From NCBI GenBank assembly GCA_023143685.1, contig JAGLHE010000023.1, positions 700 through 64,699 on the forward strand: DNA of 64,000 bases, in the 5' to 3' direction. This DNA comes from Candidatus Omnitrophota bacterium (GTDB taxonomy: Bacteria > Omnitrophota > Gorgyraeia > Zapsychrales > JANLHA01). Within the stretch, counting starts at the first letter, position 1. Every line of letters starts with the position of its first letter. The translations under genes and the position numbers were made by a program. Under the pieces are notes generated by a model that ran no database searches, was not told where the DNA came from, and saw only the letters and a program-made list of their open reading frames with translations. Positions 19,180 to 29,163 of this stretch are shown one piece after another.

Positions 19180-20604
19180 CTAATAAGCCCCCTTCCCTTT
19201 TAAAACAACCGGGATAGTTTGTAGAAGAATATTCAAATCCAACCAGAATGACCAATTATTAATATACCAAATATCCCATTTCACAAGACGCGCGAAAGAA
19301 ATATCACTTCGCCCACGGATCTGCCATAATCCGGTGATCCCCGGTCGAACAGCAAGTCTTTTTAATTGTCGAAGGTCTTCTTTTTCAATCTGCTCAATTG
19401 GAAGAGGCCTTGGACCCACAAGACTCATATCGCCTTTAAAAACATTAAATATTTGCGGCAATTCATCTAAACTATACCTACGCAAAAACTTCCCAGTCTT
19501 TGTAATACGCGGGTCTTTTTTAATCTTAAAAATAGGGCCGTCAACCTCGTTGGCATCCTGAAGCTGTTCTAAACCCGTATCGGCATCCGCCACCATACTA
19601 CGGAACTTATACATGTTAAACTTCCGTCCCCGTCGGCCATAACGCTTTGAGGAATAAAGAACCGGGCCTGGGCTGTCTTTTTTAATCAGGATGGCCAACC
19701 AAAGAAAAACAGGAGAAAGCAGAACCAGCAAAAAGAAGGAAGCCAGCAGATCAAAAATCCTTTTCCCTGTCTGCTTAATGATATTTTCTTCATTGGAATA
19801 CTCTAAAACAGGGATCAATCCAACATTATATTTAAAAAGCTCCCCTGTCGTAAATTCAAAGCCTTGCGGGACTACACGCACAGCCACATTCATATCTCGA
19901 GCCTGTTCCAATAACTGCAAAAAAACCTTACTGTCGTGATGAATGGTGATAAAAATCTTATTAATAAATTCTTCTCTGACAATCTTCGGCAAATCTGACA
20001 ACTTACCAAGAATCGGATGCCCCGCGCATCTTTCATTGTATGGTTTAAAATCATCAAGGAACCCAATCACTTTCATTCCAAACCCGGGATGCTTTTCAAT
20101 TTCCTGAGCCAAGACTTCACCGACTTTTCCAGCACCAATAACAAGAACATTAAAATTATTATATCCATGAACAACCAGAAAGTTCACAAATAGCCTTTTA
20201 AACCAACGCCAAACAGAAAGCAGAATATTAATAAACACCCCTGTTAAAATCAAAATACTTCGAGGAAACCCTTCAATCTTAAGAATATAAATCACAACAA
20301 TCGTTACAATCCCGGACAAAAGCACGGATTTTGTAACCTGCCAGATCTCAACTCCCTCGAGGATTTCTCGACGGGTATGGTACAATCCATGTATATGGTT
20401 AAAAAACACGACAGCAAAAACCCAAAAAACAAAAACAAACTGAAAAGGATGTGTTTGCCCCAAAAAAAGGTTCTGAAAAGTCGGTTCAAACGGCAATGTG
20501 CCTCTACGGATAACACATGCCAGCAAGACAGACAGGCTGACACACACAATATCCAGAAAAAGATACGCGATGCGGATAAAGATTATTCGTTTTCTACGCC
20601 ACAT
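19180..20604 (-). CDS. Initiating polyprenyl-phosphate glycosyl-1-phosphate transferase (WbaP/EpsB-type bacterial sugar transferase)
   Basis: N-terminal TM helices, then a central Rossmann-like segment (VLVIGAGKVGEVLAQEI). The C-terminal catalytic domain reads KRIFDLLASFFLLVLLSPVFLWLAILIKKDSPGPVLY...YKFRSM...DPRITKTGKFLRRYSLDELPQIFNVFKGDMSLVGPRP. Confidence 0.9.
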   Translation of the reverse strand: MWRRKRIIFIRIAYLFLDIVCVSLSVLLACVIRRGTLPFEPTFQNLFLGQTHPFQFVFVFWVFAVVFFNHIHGLYHTRREILEGVEIWQVTKSVLLSGIVTIVVIYILKIEGFPRSILILTGVFINILLSVWRWFKRLFVNFLVVHGYNNFNVLVIGAGKVGEVLAQEIEKHPGFGMKVIGFLDDFKPYNERCAGHPILGKLSDLPKIVREEFINKIFITIHHDSKVFLQLLEQARDMNVAVRVVPQGFEFTTGELFKYNVGLIPVLEYSNEENIIKQTGKRIFDLLASFFLLVLLSPVFLWLAILIKKDSPGPVLYSSKRYGRRGRKFNMYKFRSMVADADTGLEQLQDANEVDGPIFKIKKDPRITKTGKFLRRYSLDELPQIFNVFKGDMSLVGPRPLPIEQIEKEDLRQLKRLAVRPGITGLWQIRGRSDISFARLVKWDIWYINNWSFWLDLNILLQTIPVVLKGKGAY

Positions 20605-20637
20605 AAATCACCTTTTGAATTATAAAATTCTTAACGC

Positions 20638-21672
20638 CTACAGACACTTCTTAACCAGTCCAAGGATACCCTGTTTCCAGGCTACGCGATGCGTAATCCC
20701 CTCGGTGGCGACTTCTTCTTTATGTTCCATGTACCATTTATACGAACGGATTAACGCATCGGCATTACTATACCGTGCCGTCCATCCGAGTTGGTTCTTA
20801 ATCTTATCAACCGAAACAAATGAATCTTTTCCTGCTGTTCCATACACCCATTTGTAAAGGGGCGAAAGTTTCAAGAATTCAAAAAAAGCAAGAATCGGGA
20901 CAACAACCTTTGCAGGCGTCGGCATCACCCTTGCCCCTGTCCCGGCATATTGGCATAACGCGCCGACGTCCTCTTCAACAGTGTGAAACGTTTCTGCCCC
21001 GACATTAAAAACATCGTTCGCCTTATCCGCATCAGCTGTGAGTGTCAATCTAATCGCCTGCACTAAATCTTCAACCTCAAGAAGCTGATAACGATTTTTC
21101 CCTGAACCGATAATCGGAATCTTACGGCCTTCTTCAACCCAATTATATAAAATCTGAAAAACCCCCAGCCGCCCTGTTCCAATAAATGTCTTCGGACGAA
21201 TAACCGGCACACACATCCCTTGCTTTTGATACTTCAAACACACATTTTCAGCTTCAATCTTGCTTTCCCCGTAAGGGCCAACACCAACCATCTCATCAGA
21301 TTCATAAAGGGGATGTTTTTCCGGAACCCCATAAACCGCTGTTGAAGAAATAGCGACAACCCTTTGAATATTATTCGTTTTTGCGGCTTCAAGCACATTT
21401 TCCGTGCCCTGAATATTAATCGCATAAATCTCTTCTTTTTTCCAAAGAGGCAAGGCTGCCGCGCCATGAACAACACAATCAACATCTTTAAAGATTTCTT
21501 CTAATTTAGCTTTGTCCCGGACATCCGCCTGAACATATTGCGCATTTTGTGGATATTCTTTTTCATCAATCGGGGCAATATCCAAAACATAGATCTCATC
21601 ATATAAATCCTTTAATTGGTGACAGATATGGTATCCCAGAAACCCTGCCCCACCCGTAACCGCTAATTTCAT
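20638..21672 (-). CDS. NAD-dependent epimerase/dehydratase family SDR
   Basis: [16 protein letters not shown] glycine-rich loop and GPYGESK (YxxxK). I moved the start to Met23 of the ORF (ATG 21672) so the gene begins after the stop of the UbiA-like gene at 21696. Confidence 0.8.
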   Translation of the reverse strand: MKLAVTGGAGFLGYHICHQLKDLYDEIYVLDIAPIDEKEYPQNAQYVQADVRDKAKLEEIFKDVDCVVHGAAALPLWKKEEIYAINIQGTENVLEAAKTNNIQRVVAISSTAVYGVPEKHPLYESDEMVGVGPYGESKIEAENVCLKYQKQGMCVPVIRPKTFIGTGRLGVFQILYNWVEEGRKIPIIGSGKNRYQLLEVEDLVQAIRLTLTADADKANDVFNVGAETFHTVEEDVGALCQYAGTGARVMPTPAKVVVPILAFFEFLKLSPLYKWVYGTAGKDSFVSVDKIKNQLGWTARYSNADALIRSYKWYMEHKEEVATEGITHRVAWKQGILGLVKKCL

Positions 21673-21695
21673 AGAAAACTCTCCTCTTGGTATAT

Positions 21696-22577
21696 TTAAC
21701 GACTTCCGTAAATAATGACACAACAAACCAGCACCCATATTATCAGGTTTACCAACATTTTTCTATCAGAAAGTAATATGTTGGTTGGGTCGCCATCTTC
21801 CTCTCTTTCATGAATCAGATAAAGATAACGGAATATCCCGTAATAAACAAACGGAACCGTATAAAGCAGGTTCGTCGTTCCAAATTCCTGAACCGTGCGC
21901 GCATCTACCGTATAAAGCATATAAGCAACCACAATCGATGAGGTAGTCACCGATAGCATCTGATCAATAAAATAAACATTGTATTTATCCAATACTTGCC
22001 GATGCGCGATGGCCCCCTCCTCTAAAAGATGAAGCTCCTGACGTCTTTTATTAAACCCTAAAAACAGGGCCAAGAGAGCCGTCATCGCGATCATCCAATG
22101 AGACAAAGTGACATCCGCAACAACACTCCCTGCCATGATACGCAGGATAAAAAAGAAACTTATACAAAAAACATCAATAATTACGGCGTGCTTCAACACC
22201 TTTGAATATAAAATATTAAAGACTATATATGTTATGCATATTAAGCCAAACACCATATTAAGGCAAAAGGCTCCTGTAAGAGATACACCAAGCAAAACAA
22301 CCGCTGCCACAATGGCTTGTTTTTTCCCAATCTTACCGGAAGCAATCGGACGGTTTTTCTTCTTAGGGTGAACACGGTCCCTCTCGGCATCCACAATATC
22401 ATTAATTAAGTACATGCTCCCGGAAACCAGGCAAAAAAGTAAAAAGGCTATACCCGTGCGAAAATTCGCAGGAAACGAAAAAATCTTTTCACCAAAGACC
22501 AACGGCAAGAGAATAAAAAAGTTTTTAATCCACTGCCATGGGCGTAAGGAATAAATCAAGCCAACCAAAATATTCAT
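21696..22577 (-). CDS. UbiA-family prenyl-phosphate phosphoribosyltransferase-like enzyme (decaprenyl-phosphate 5-phosphoribosyltransferase family)
   Basis: Polytopic protein. YLINDIVDAERDRVHPKKKNRPIASGKI matches the NDxxDxxxD ... HP-K--RPIA-G signature I recall for Rv3806c-type enzymes. Start taken at Met19 (ATG 22577) with AGGGGA SD. Confidence 0.72.
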   Translation of the reverse strand: MNILVGLIYSLRPWQWIKNFFILLPLVFGEKIFSFPANFRTGIAFLLFCLVSGSMYLINDIVDAERDRVHPKKKNRPIASGKIGKKQAIVAAVVLLGVSLTGAFCLNMVFGLICITYIVFNILYSKVLKHAVIIDVFCISFFFILRIMAGSVVADVTLSHWMIAMTALLALFLGFNKRRQELHLLEEGAIAHRQVLDKYNVYFIDQMLSVTTSSIVVAYMLYTVDARTVQEFGTTNLLYTVPFVYYGIFRYLYLIHEREEDGDPTNILLSDRKMLVNLIIWVLVCCVIIYGSR

Positions 22578-22591
22578 TTCGGTATCCCCTG

Positions 22592-24070
22592 TTATAGATT
22601 TTTGATCTTTTGTTTCAACTTTTGCATACAAGTTTTTGGAAATTCAAGAAGAAATGGTGCCTCTTCCCCATCCGCTTGAACCAAACGCATGATTCGCCAT
22701 GTCCCGTTAGCAAAAATTTCCTTTTCCGGGCGGACATCCTTCAGCTGAATGGCTGTGCAGGCATCATTCACAAGAAGATAGTTTTTTCCATCAGCACGCA
22801 ACATCTCTTTTCGGAGTTGCCTATCCCCTAAATAAACGATATCTTGTTTCGTGAAATAGATCAACGCGTGAAACGACTCTTCAAAGGGGGGCGGAAAAAA
22901 GTATCGACTGGCCTCTCCTGTCCTCGTTTTTTCTTTTATAAACCGTTCGGCCTTGGCAATATCCCCCACCTTGGATATCCGTGGATTAATAATCCCCGTA
23001 AAAACAAACCCCAAAAGAACAATGAGCACCCCATTCGCCAAAACCCGCGTGATCATATGCTTTCGATTGAACCACGCATAAACGGGAAAAAACAATCCCA
23101 AAACAAATGGTGTCACCGGCGGTAAAAGATACGTCTGAGAACCCCACGGGATAAGAATCGATAAATAAGCGAGCATCCCTAACGGCATCATCAGATAAAA
23201 AGGGACGCCTTCCTTTTTTTTCATTAAAACCCTCACCGCCGAAAAAATAAAAACAACCAATCCAAGAATAAACAATAATTTAATAATGGCCGGAACCATC
23301 ATAATCTTTCCAGCCAAATTTGTGCCATAAGACTTTGTGTAACCGCCCTGCAGCTGAACAGCTGTCGTGAACCAGGCATACAGGACCCCTGCTCCGGCAT
23401 TCAGGAAAAAATATAAACGCGAAAGTTTGGGCTCCCTTTTAAAAAACAACCAATCACAAAAGGCAAATACCGTATAGGTCCCCAAAAGATAAATCCCGGT
23501 TGGTTTTGAAAAAAGACCGATAAGACAAAAAACAAAAGCCCACACAATATCCTTTTTCTTCATGGTCTCATAAGACTTCTGAAAGAAATACAGAGATACC
23601 GCCGTAAAAAAAACCAGAAACTTCTCCTTCACCGAAATATACATAAAGATATTCCAAAACGGCGTAAACAGAAAAAAACTCAAAGGGAACAAAAAAACCG
23701 TAAGCGAAAAATCTTCCTTTCGGACATTAATCATTTTATAAAAAACCATCCCCCATATAAGCAGCGCACCCATATTCACAACAGCAATAACCAAATACAA
23801 ACCCAGCGGCATATTATAAAAAACCGAATACGCCCCAATAACCCACAAGCGATAAACAGGACGAAAAGCACCCCAAGACGTTAAATCTCGCCAAAGACTT
23901 TCAAAAAACCACTGCACGGGATTCGCTGCCGCACGCATTTCACTAACAATCTGAAGATTCGCGTGGTCATCCATTAACCCAAACCCTGGATCATGGTAAA
24001 TCGTTGCGCCTAAAATCAAACCTAGAAAGATCACAAAAATGATGATCGGGATTATCTTCTCCTTCGACAT
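22592..24070 (-). CDS. Polytopic membrane protein, GT-C-like glycosyltransferase candidate
   Basis: 492 aa, hydrophobic throughout. Acidic first loop YHDPGFGLMDDHANL after TM1. A soluble C-terminal segment of about 120 aa. Adjacent to the UbiA-like gene. The call is by topology and motif only. Confidence 0.55.
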   Translation of the reverse strand: MSKEKIIPIIIFVIFLGLILGATIYHDPGFGLMDDHANLQIVSEMRAAANPVQWFFESLWRDLTSWGAFRPVYRLWVIGAYSVFYNMPLGLYLVIAVVNMGALLIWGMVFYKMINVRKEDFSLTVFLFPLSFFLFTPFWNIFMYISVKEKFLVFFTAVSLYFFQKSYETMKKKDIVWAFVFCLIGLFSKPTGIYLLGTYTVFAFCDWLFFKREPKLSRLYFFLNAGAGVLYAWFTTAVQLQGGYTKSYGTNLAGKIMMVPAIIKLLFILGLVVFIFSAVRVLMKKKEGVPFYLMMPLGMLAYLSILIPWGSQTYLLPPVTPFVLGLFFPVYAWFNRKHMITRVLANGVLIVLLGFVFTGIINPRISKVGDIAKAERFIKEKTRTGEASRYFFPPPFEESFHALIYFTKQDIVYLGDRQLRKEMLRADGKNYLLVNDACTAIQLKDVRPEKEIFANGTWRIMRLVQADGEEAPFLLEFPKTCMQKLKQKIKNL

Positions 24071-24086
24071 ATACTTCCCCTTCGTT

Positions 24087-24845
24087 CTAACGTTGCCTTC
24101 TTAAACCCAATTTTTCTTTTATAACTAAATAAACAAACCGTGCATTCCCGATCAAATATCGTTTCCACAACCGACCCGGCTCACAGCATAACCGAAACAA
24201 CCACTCCAAACCGCTTTTCTGCATCCATCCCGGGGCCTGCGGCTTAACGCCAGCCAGGAAATCAAAAGCTGCTCCTACGCCAACAATAACCGGCACATTG
24301 AGTTTATCGCGATGTTGCGACATCCAATAATCTTGCTTAGGAGACCCTAACCCAACCCATAAAATATCCGGGGCAAAACTATTGATTTCCTCTAAAACGG
24401 TATCTTTTTCTATTTCTTGAATTTTTCGAAACGGAGGGGAATATTTACCAACAATATTAATGTCCGGAAATTGCTCTTTTAATCTCTGCTCTAAAATTTG
24501 CAAGGTATCCGATGTCCCGCCATAGAAATAATGTCTGTACCCTCGCTTCTGCCCGACATCACACGTCTGGCGCATAAGATCAGGACCGTAAGTCCTTTGA
24601 ATTGTTTTATTTCCGCTTAATTTCCCCAACCAGACAACCGGCATTCCATCAGGCGTAACCATCCCCGCATTATTAACGATCTTCCGGTATTCGGGATCAT
24701 CTTGGCAATCCATAATTGTTGAAACCGGGGCAACACAAACATAAACCTTCTGCCTATTCTGAATCCAGCGATCAATTTCTTGACCCGCCAATTCAAGATT
24801 AACAGCAGAAATGTTAACACCTAATATATCAACAACTTCTGTCAT
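24087..24845 (-). CDS. WecB/TagA/CpsF family glycosyltransferase (GT26)
   Basis: ILGVNISAVNLELAGQEI...VCVAPVSTIM...MVTPDGMPVVW...WVGLGSPKQDYW...GVGAAFDFLAGVKPQAP.WMQKSGLEWLFRL is the family pattern. Confidence 0.88.
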   Translation of the reverse strand: MTEVVDILGVNISAVNLELAGQEIDRWIQNRQKVYVCVAPVSTIMDCQDDPEYRKIVNNAGMVTPDGMPVVWLGKLSGNKTIQRTYGPDLMRQTCDVGQKRGYRHYFYGGTSDTLQILEQRLKEQFPDINIVGKYSPPFRKIQEIEKDTVLEEINSFAPDILWVGLGSPKQDYWMSQHRDKLNVPVIVGVGAAFDFLAGVKPQAPGWMQKSGLEWLFRLCCEPGRLWKRYLIGNARFVYLVIKEKLGLRRQR

Positions 24846-25002
24846 TTTTAGAATTCTATATTATTTATATTAATTATAATAGGGTTAGATTACCACAAAG
24901 TTAATTGGCGGGAAAGCACTTTATTGCAGATAACACTTAAGACAGGAAACGATTTCTCCCCGCAAACCCAGGGTTCAAAAATAAAAGGTGAGGACAATCC
25001 CT

Positions 25003-25722
25003 CTATTTCTTAACCTGAAAGCAGAATACATTATATTTAAAAATACAAACTAACGCCCACACACCATCTTTCCAATTAATTTTCTTGCCCTGTACGTAAG
25101 TCCGTCCGTAATAACTCACCCCGACCTCATAAATCCGGCACTGCAATTTCGCCACTTTGGCGGTAATTTCAGGTTCGAGCCCAAACCTGTTCTCCCGCAA
25201 TGTAATCTGATCTAATATTTCTTTTCGAAAAACCTTATAACATGTTTCCATGTCGGTTAAATTCAAATTGGTAAACATATTCGATAAGAATGTCAAAAAC
25301 TTATTCCCCATCATATGCCAAAAATAAAGGACCCGGTGTTCCGAAGAACCGCCGAAACGTGTTCCAAAAACCACATCCGCACGATTTTTTAAAATGGGGT
25401 TCAATAGTCTCCCATACTCAGCCGGGTCATATTCAAAATCAGCATCTTGCACAAGAATAATATCTCCGGTAGCCTTATTGATGGCTGTCCGGATAGCAGC
25501 TCCCTTTCCTTTATTTTCCTCATGACAAGCAACAATAATCTCTTGAGGGAACATTTCCCCCAACGATTGGATAATTGCAGCTGTCCCATCAGTAGAACCG
25601 TCATCCACAATAATCAGTTCCTTTTCACTTATACCCTCCACCTCTTGTTGCAGAACCTTGCGCACAATTTCCCCAACCCACTCTTTTTCATTGTACACAG
25701 GCATCAGGATGCTTAATTTCAT
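25003..25722 (-). CDS. Glycosyltransferase family 2, soluble Dpm1/Ppm1-like (polyprenyl-phosphate sugar synthase candidate)
   Basis: LSILMPVYNEKEWV, IIVDDGSTDGT and LVQDADFEYDP (DxD) motifs. 239 aa with no C-terminal TM helices. Confidence 0.8.
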   Translation of the reverse strand: MKLSILMPVYNEKEWVGEIVRKVLQQEVEGISEKELIIVDDGSTDGTAAIIQSLGEMFPQEIIVACHEENKGKGAAIRTAINKATGDIILVQDADFEYDPAEYGRLLNPILKNRADVVFGTRFGGSSEHRVLYFWHMMGNKFLTFLSNMFTNLNLTDMETCYKVFRKEILDQITLRENRFGLEPEITAKVAKLQCRIYEVGVSYYGRTYVQGKKINWKDGVWALVCIFKYNVFCFQVKK

Positions 25723-25801
25723 TATGATACACCTCCCTGAAAATTACAGGCCATACACAGCATGCCCTGCCACCAACAATTTTTCAAAAAAACTACCTGC
25801 A

Positions 25802-26560
25802 TTAGTATTCAATATTGTATTTTTTTAAATACGGCTGCAAAGCCTCTGCCCAGACATAATAAGCGTTAAAGGACAAGTGGATTCCATCGACCGAATATTT
25901 ATCCATAAGAGTACCATCTTTGCAGAAATAATGGTTCAAATCAATAAAGTCTATACCATTATCCAAGGCATATTTTTTTAATAATTTATTTAGTTTTCTT
26001 ATTTCCCGATTACGATATGGATGGCCTTCGGAAGACGTATATATCGTCGACTGGATTATTGGAACAATACCATTGTTTCTTAACTGAACAATAAGCTTAA
26101 CATAATCTTCATAAATACTTTCAACGGGGAGCTGCGTAACACTATTGACCCCGCCCATAATAAAACAAATTTCAGGCTTTAACGCAACGATCTCATCAAC
26201 CCTCTGGAGAAATCCATAGACTGTGTCTGCCCCGATCGCGTGATTAGCAACACGAATACCTCCCAACAATTCATGCCAGGGCCGTCCACTTCCTGTAATT
26301 GAATCTCCCAGCATGACAACATCTGCGGTTTTCATTAAATATTGTTTACGTTGTTCTATTAATTGTTTATACGCCACATTGTTATCAAATTTGTTCCTAA
26401 CCGCCAAAACAGCCAACTCTTTTTCTTTTTTTGTCATCTGCATTTCGACAACAAAGCGTTTAATACCAAACTGGTAAACATGCTTATTCAACAAAAACAA
26501 CACACACAAAACCATTAACACATTACCCAACAATGAAATTTTCAAGCTGATGTTTTTCAT
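25802..26560 (-). CDS. SGNH/GDSL hydrolase-family esterase with N-terminal membrane anchor
   Basis: N-terminal TM helix (LLGNVLMVLCVLFLL), block I VVMLGDSITGSG, FIMGGVN, and a DGIHLS block. Confidence 0.8.
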   Translation of the reverse strand: MKNISLKISLLGNVLMVLCVLFLLNKHVYQFGIKRFVVEMQMTKKEKELAVLAVRNKFDNNVAYKQLIEQRKQYLMKTADVVMLGDSITGSGRPWHELLGGIRVANHAIGADTVYGFLQRVDEIVALKPEICFIMGGVNSVTQLPVESIYEDYVKLIVQLRNNGIVPIIQSTIYTSSEGHPYRNREIRKLNKLLKKYALDNGIDFIDLNHYFCKDGTLMDKYSVDGIHLSFNAYYVWAEALQPYLKKYNIEY

Positions 26561-26587
26561 ATATTCCCCTTGTAAATATTACATTCT

Positions 26588-28150
26588 TCATTTGCCAACC
26601 TCTTGACTGGAATCAGTCTTCTTAAAACGTGCGGTAACGCACCCCAGCACTGACACCCAATCTCTTCCGCTCACCCAATACAAGACAAACGGTAGAAAAT
26701 AAATAATCACCATCTTTATAAAAACGGAAAGATCAAAAACCGGATACCTCGAAAGGACAACAGCCGGAAGCTTGCTATCAACACGAAAAATCAAAGATGC
26801 AAGATAAACAAGATATAGAACTCCACCTTTAAATATAGCAATTGAAAATTGTATCGGATGAAAAAGCACTGTTTTCCAAACCTCTAATTGATATGTAAGG
26901 TTATCCGACCCTCCCCGCCCAAAATATCCATCGTTCAGTGGCTTTAATGTCAAGTTTGTATTATTTCCATCAAAGCATATCATCGATAAGAATGGAAAAA
27001 TAGCGATAAAAAATAACAGAATATACATTTTGTTGCCCATTTTTTTATAAAGCGCCCGGAATAAAAATGCTAACGGATAAGCAAAAACCGGGACTGATGA
27101 AAAAACAAGATAACGATAGCCATACCATCCACCTTGTGCCAACCATTGCACAACAACAACAAAATTAACCAGAAGGGGTAAAGAAATCAGGACAAGAGCC
27201 TTTCTTAATGGAAAACGAAAATACAAAAGGCTTCCTAAGCCTAAAATTATAAACGGCGCAGTAAAAACAAGTCCCCAATCAATACCAAAAAAGATATGCA
27301 TAATCCTTCTCATGTAAAACAAGGGGTCATGAACCGCCAACAAGTAACCTTTAGCAAAGCTCGCGCCTTCCATTCCGGCTGAATGATCAAGCACAAGCTC
27401 TGGTAAAAACTTGAACAAAAAAATCGTCAAAACAAAAACGCCATAAACCACAAACAAATTTAAAATATTTTTACGCCAAGGCCGCCCGATTAAAACTAAA
27501 GGCCAAGCAATAGCCATGATAATATTATTGTAACGAACAAGCCCCATTAATGCGATTACAATGCCAATAAGGAACAACTTTAAATATTTTCTTCGATTCA
27601 AAGAAATCCCCCCTCTATACTTCAACAGAAGAAAGATCAACAGCGACTGCAAAAAAAGTTCATACACATGGGAAAAAACAGGCCTACGAAAAGCAAATAA
27701 CGGCAAACCCTGCATAAAAACCAGGGCAACAATTGACAAAAACGCGAACTTTTCTTCGAAATGGAATCGCAACCCTTTGTACAATAGCCAACACGACACC
27801 CAAAAGTAAAAAATGGTGGCAAAAACAAAACCAAACAATGACCAACTTGATGAAATATTTGCTCGCGTCCTTTGAATCACAATATCTGACCCAAGAACCC
27901 GGTCAACAAGTGAAAAAACATAAACAAACGGAGCCGCCAAAAGGCTTGGCCCGAGAGGATGTTCCGGCCGCTCCTTGCCCATTGTAAAAAATTCTTTATC
28001 ATAATGCGGGTATTGCTGAAAAACGATTGCGGTAGCGTGCGCAAAATAAGACTGATCATCTCCAGAATAACATAACCCCGAATGCTGCAATTGATATGGG
28101 CGGCACAAAAAAAATGCGCAGACAAAAATGCAGATAGAAATTTTCTTCAT
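26588..28150 (-). CDS. Polytopic membrane protein, GT-C-like glycosyltransferase candidate
   Basis: 520 aa, hydrophobic throughout. The first loop, CYSGDDQSYFAHA, resembles the D-D/E-x-x-Y motif of ArnT/PMT-type GT-C enzymes. Confidence 0.6.
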   Translation of the reverse strand: MKKISICIFVCAFFLCRPYQLQHSGLCYSGDDQSYFAHATAIVFQQYPHYDKEFFTMGKERPEHPLGPSLLAAPFVYVFSLVDRVLGSDIVIQRTRANISSSWSLFGFVFATIFYFWVSCWLLYKGLRFHFEEKFAFLSIVALVFMQGLPLFAFRRPVFSHVYELFLQSLLIFLLLKYRGGISLNRRKYLKLFLIGIVIALMGLVRYNNIIMAIAWPLVLIGRPWRKNILNLFVVYGVFVLTIFLFKFLPELVLDHSAGMEGASFAKGYLLAVHDPLFYMRRIMHIFFGIDWGLVFTAPFIILGLGSLLYFRFPLRKALVLISLPLLVNFVVVVQWLAQGGWYGYRYLVFSSVPVFAYPLAFLFRALYKKMGNKMYILLFFIAIFPFLSMICFDGNNTNLTLKPLNDGYFGRGGSDNLTYQLEVWKTVLFHPIQFSIAIFKGGVLYLVYLASLIFRVDSKLPAVVLSRYPVFDLSVFIKMVIIYFLPFVLYWVSGRDWVSVLGCVTARFKKTDSSQEVGK

Positions 28151-28223
28151 TATTTTATTTTCTATATATACGTTTTAATAAGATCAATTTAACATACATG
28201 GCATCTAGCTCAATCGATTTGTT

Positions 28224-29162
28224 TCAAGTAAGAGCTTTTTTTATAAATGGGATCCCCAAAATTGCAAGCAGCCAATATCCAAAAAAAGAATACAACAAAC
28301 CAACGGCAAGCGATTGCGATTCCGTTGCAACCCCATGGAACAATACGACCATGGCACTCTCACGGACTCCCATGCCTCCTAATGTGATGGGCAACAACCC
28401 GGCAAGAATAGAAATAGGCAAGGCGGCCATAATGAACCCGAAAGGAACCGTTGCCCCGACGCCGCGAAACAAAATTGCGGCCTGAGCGAAAACAGCAACC
28501 CATTTAAGTATTGTCAAAAGGACAATCGCAGTTAACAATACCGGCTGTTTTCTTAACATGCGGATTGACTGCAATAAATTTTCTAATTGCACACCTACCT
28601 TCTGTCCAAAGGGTATCCTAATATTTTTTCCGGTTATCCAAACCGACACAACAACACAAAAAATCACTGCAGAAGCGATACTAATTATATCAAACCTGCG
28701 AAAAAGCAATCCCCCCATTAAAGCAAATACGGCGATCATAAGAAAATCAAGCATCCTTTCCGTCAACACGCTTCCCGCCACAACCATGGGCTTAATCTTC
28801 TTGCGCAAACTAATAGCTCTTAATAAATCACCTGATTTGGAGGGAGAGATTGTGCTGATTGGCCAAACCCCTAAAATAATAACACACGATTCTCTCAGCG
28901 AAATGTGAAATCCCATACTAAGCAATACAATCCTCCACCGAACAGCAATAATGACAAAAAATGATAATGTCAGTGTCGAGGCTAACACCCAATGCACACA
29001 AGAAATGTTCTTTAGCAAAAAAACAACATTAACGATATCGATTTGACGGAATAGAAAAAAAAAGACAAGCGCGGTGATGCCGACAAGGATAGCAATATGC
29101 AGCCCGCTGTTTGAAGAGTTCTCTTCCAAAGAACTTAAGTCAAGATTTGAATCATTAGACAT
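28224..29162 (-). CDS. Flippase-like / lysylphosphatidylglycerol-synthase-TM-domain (UPF0104) membrane protein
   Basis: ALVFFFLFRQIDIVNVVFLLKNI...IIAVRWRIVLLSMGFHISLRESCVIILGVWPISTISPSKSGDLLRAISLRK matches the family pattern. Start at Met6 (ATG 29162), one base after the upstream stop codon. Confidence 0.72.
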   Translation of the reverse strand: MSNDSNLDLSSLEENSSNSGLHIAILVGITALVFFFLFRQIDIVNVVFLLKNISCVHWVLASTLTLSFFVIIAVRWRIVLLSMGFHISLRESCVIILGVWPISTISPSKSGDLLRAISLRKKIKPMVVAGSVLTERMLDFLMIAVFALMGGLLFRRFDIISIASAVIFCVVVSVWITGKNIRIPFGQKVGVQLENLLQSIRMLRKQPVLLTAIVLLTILKWVAVFAQAAILFRGVGATVPFGFIMAALPISILAGLLPITLGGMGVRESAMVVLFHGVATESQSLAVGLLYSFFGYWLLAILGIPFIKKALT

Positions 29163-29163
29163 T

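Noticed and set aside
24846-25002. 157-bp gap upstream of the GT26 gene as a promoter or terminator.
   Set aside because: A TATAAT is present on the minus strand, but the -35 region (CTTTGT or ACTTTG) is poor, and only 4-5-bp stems can be drawn. Not supportable from sequence alone.
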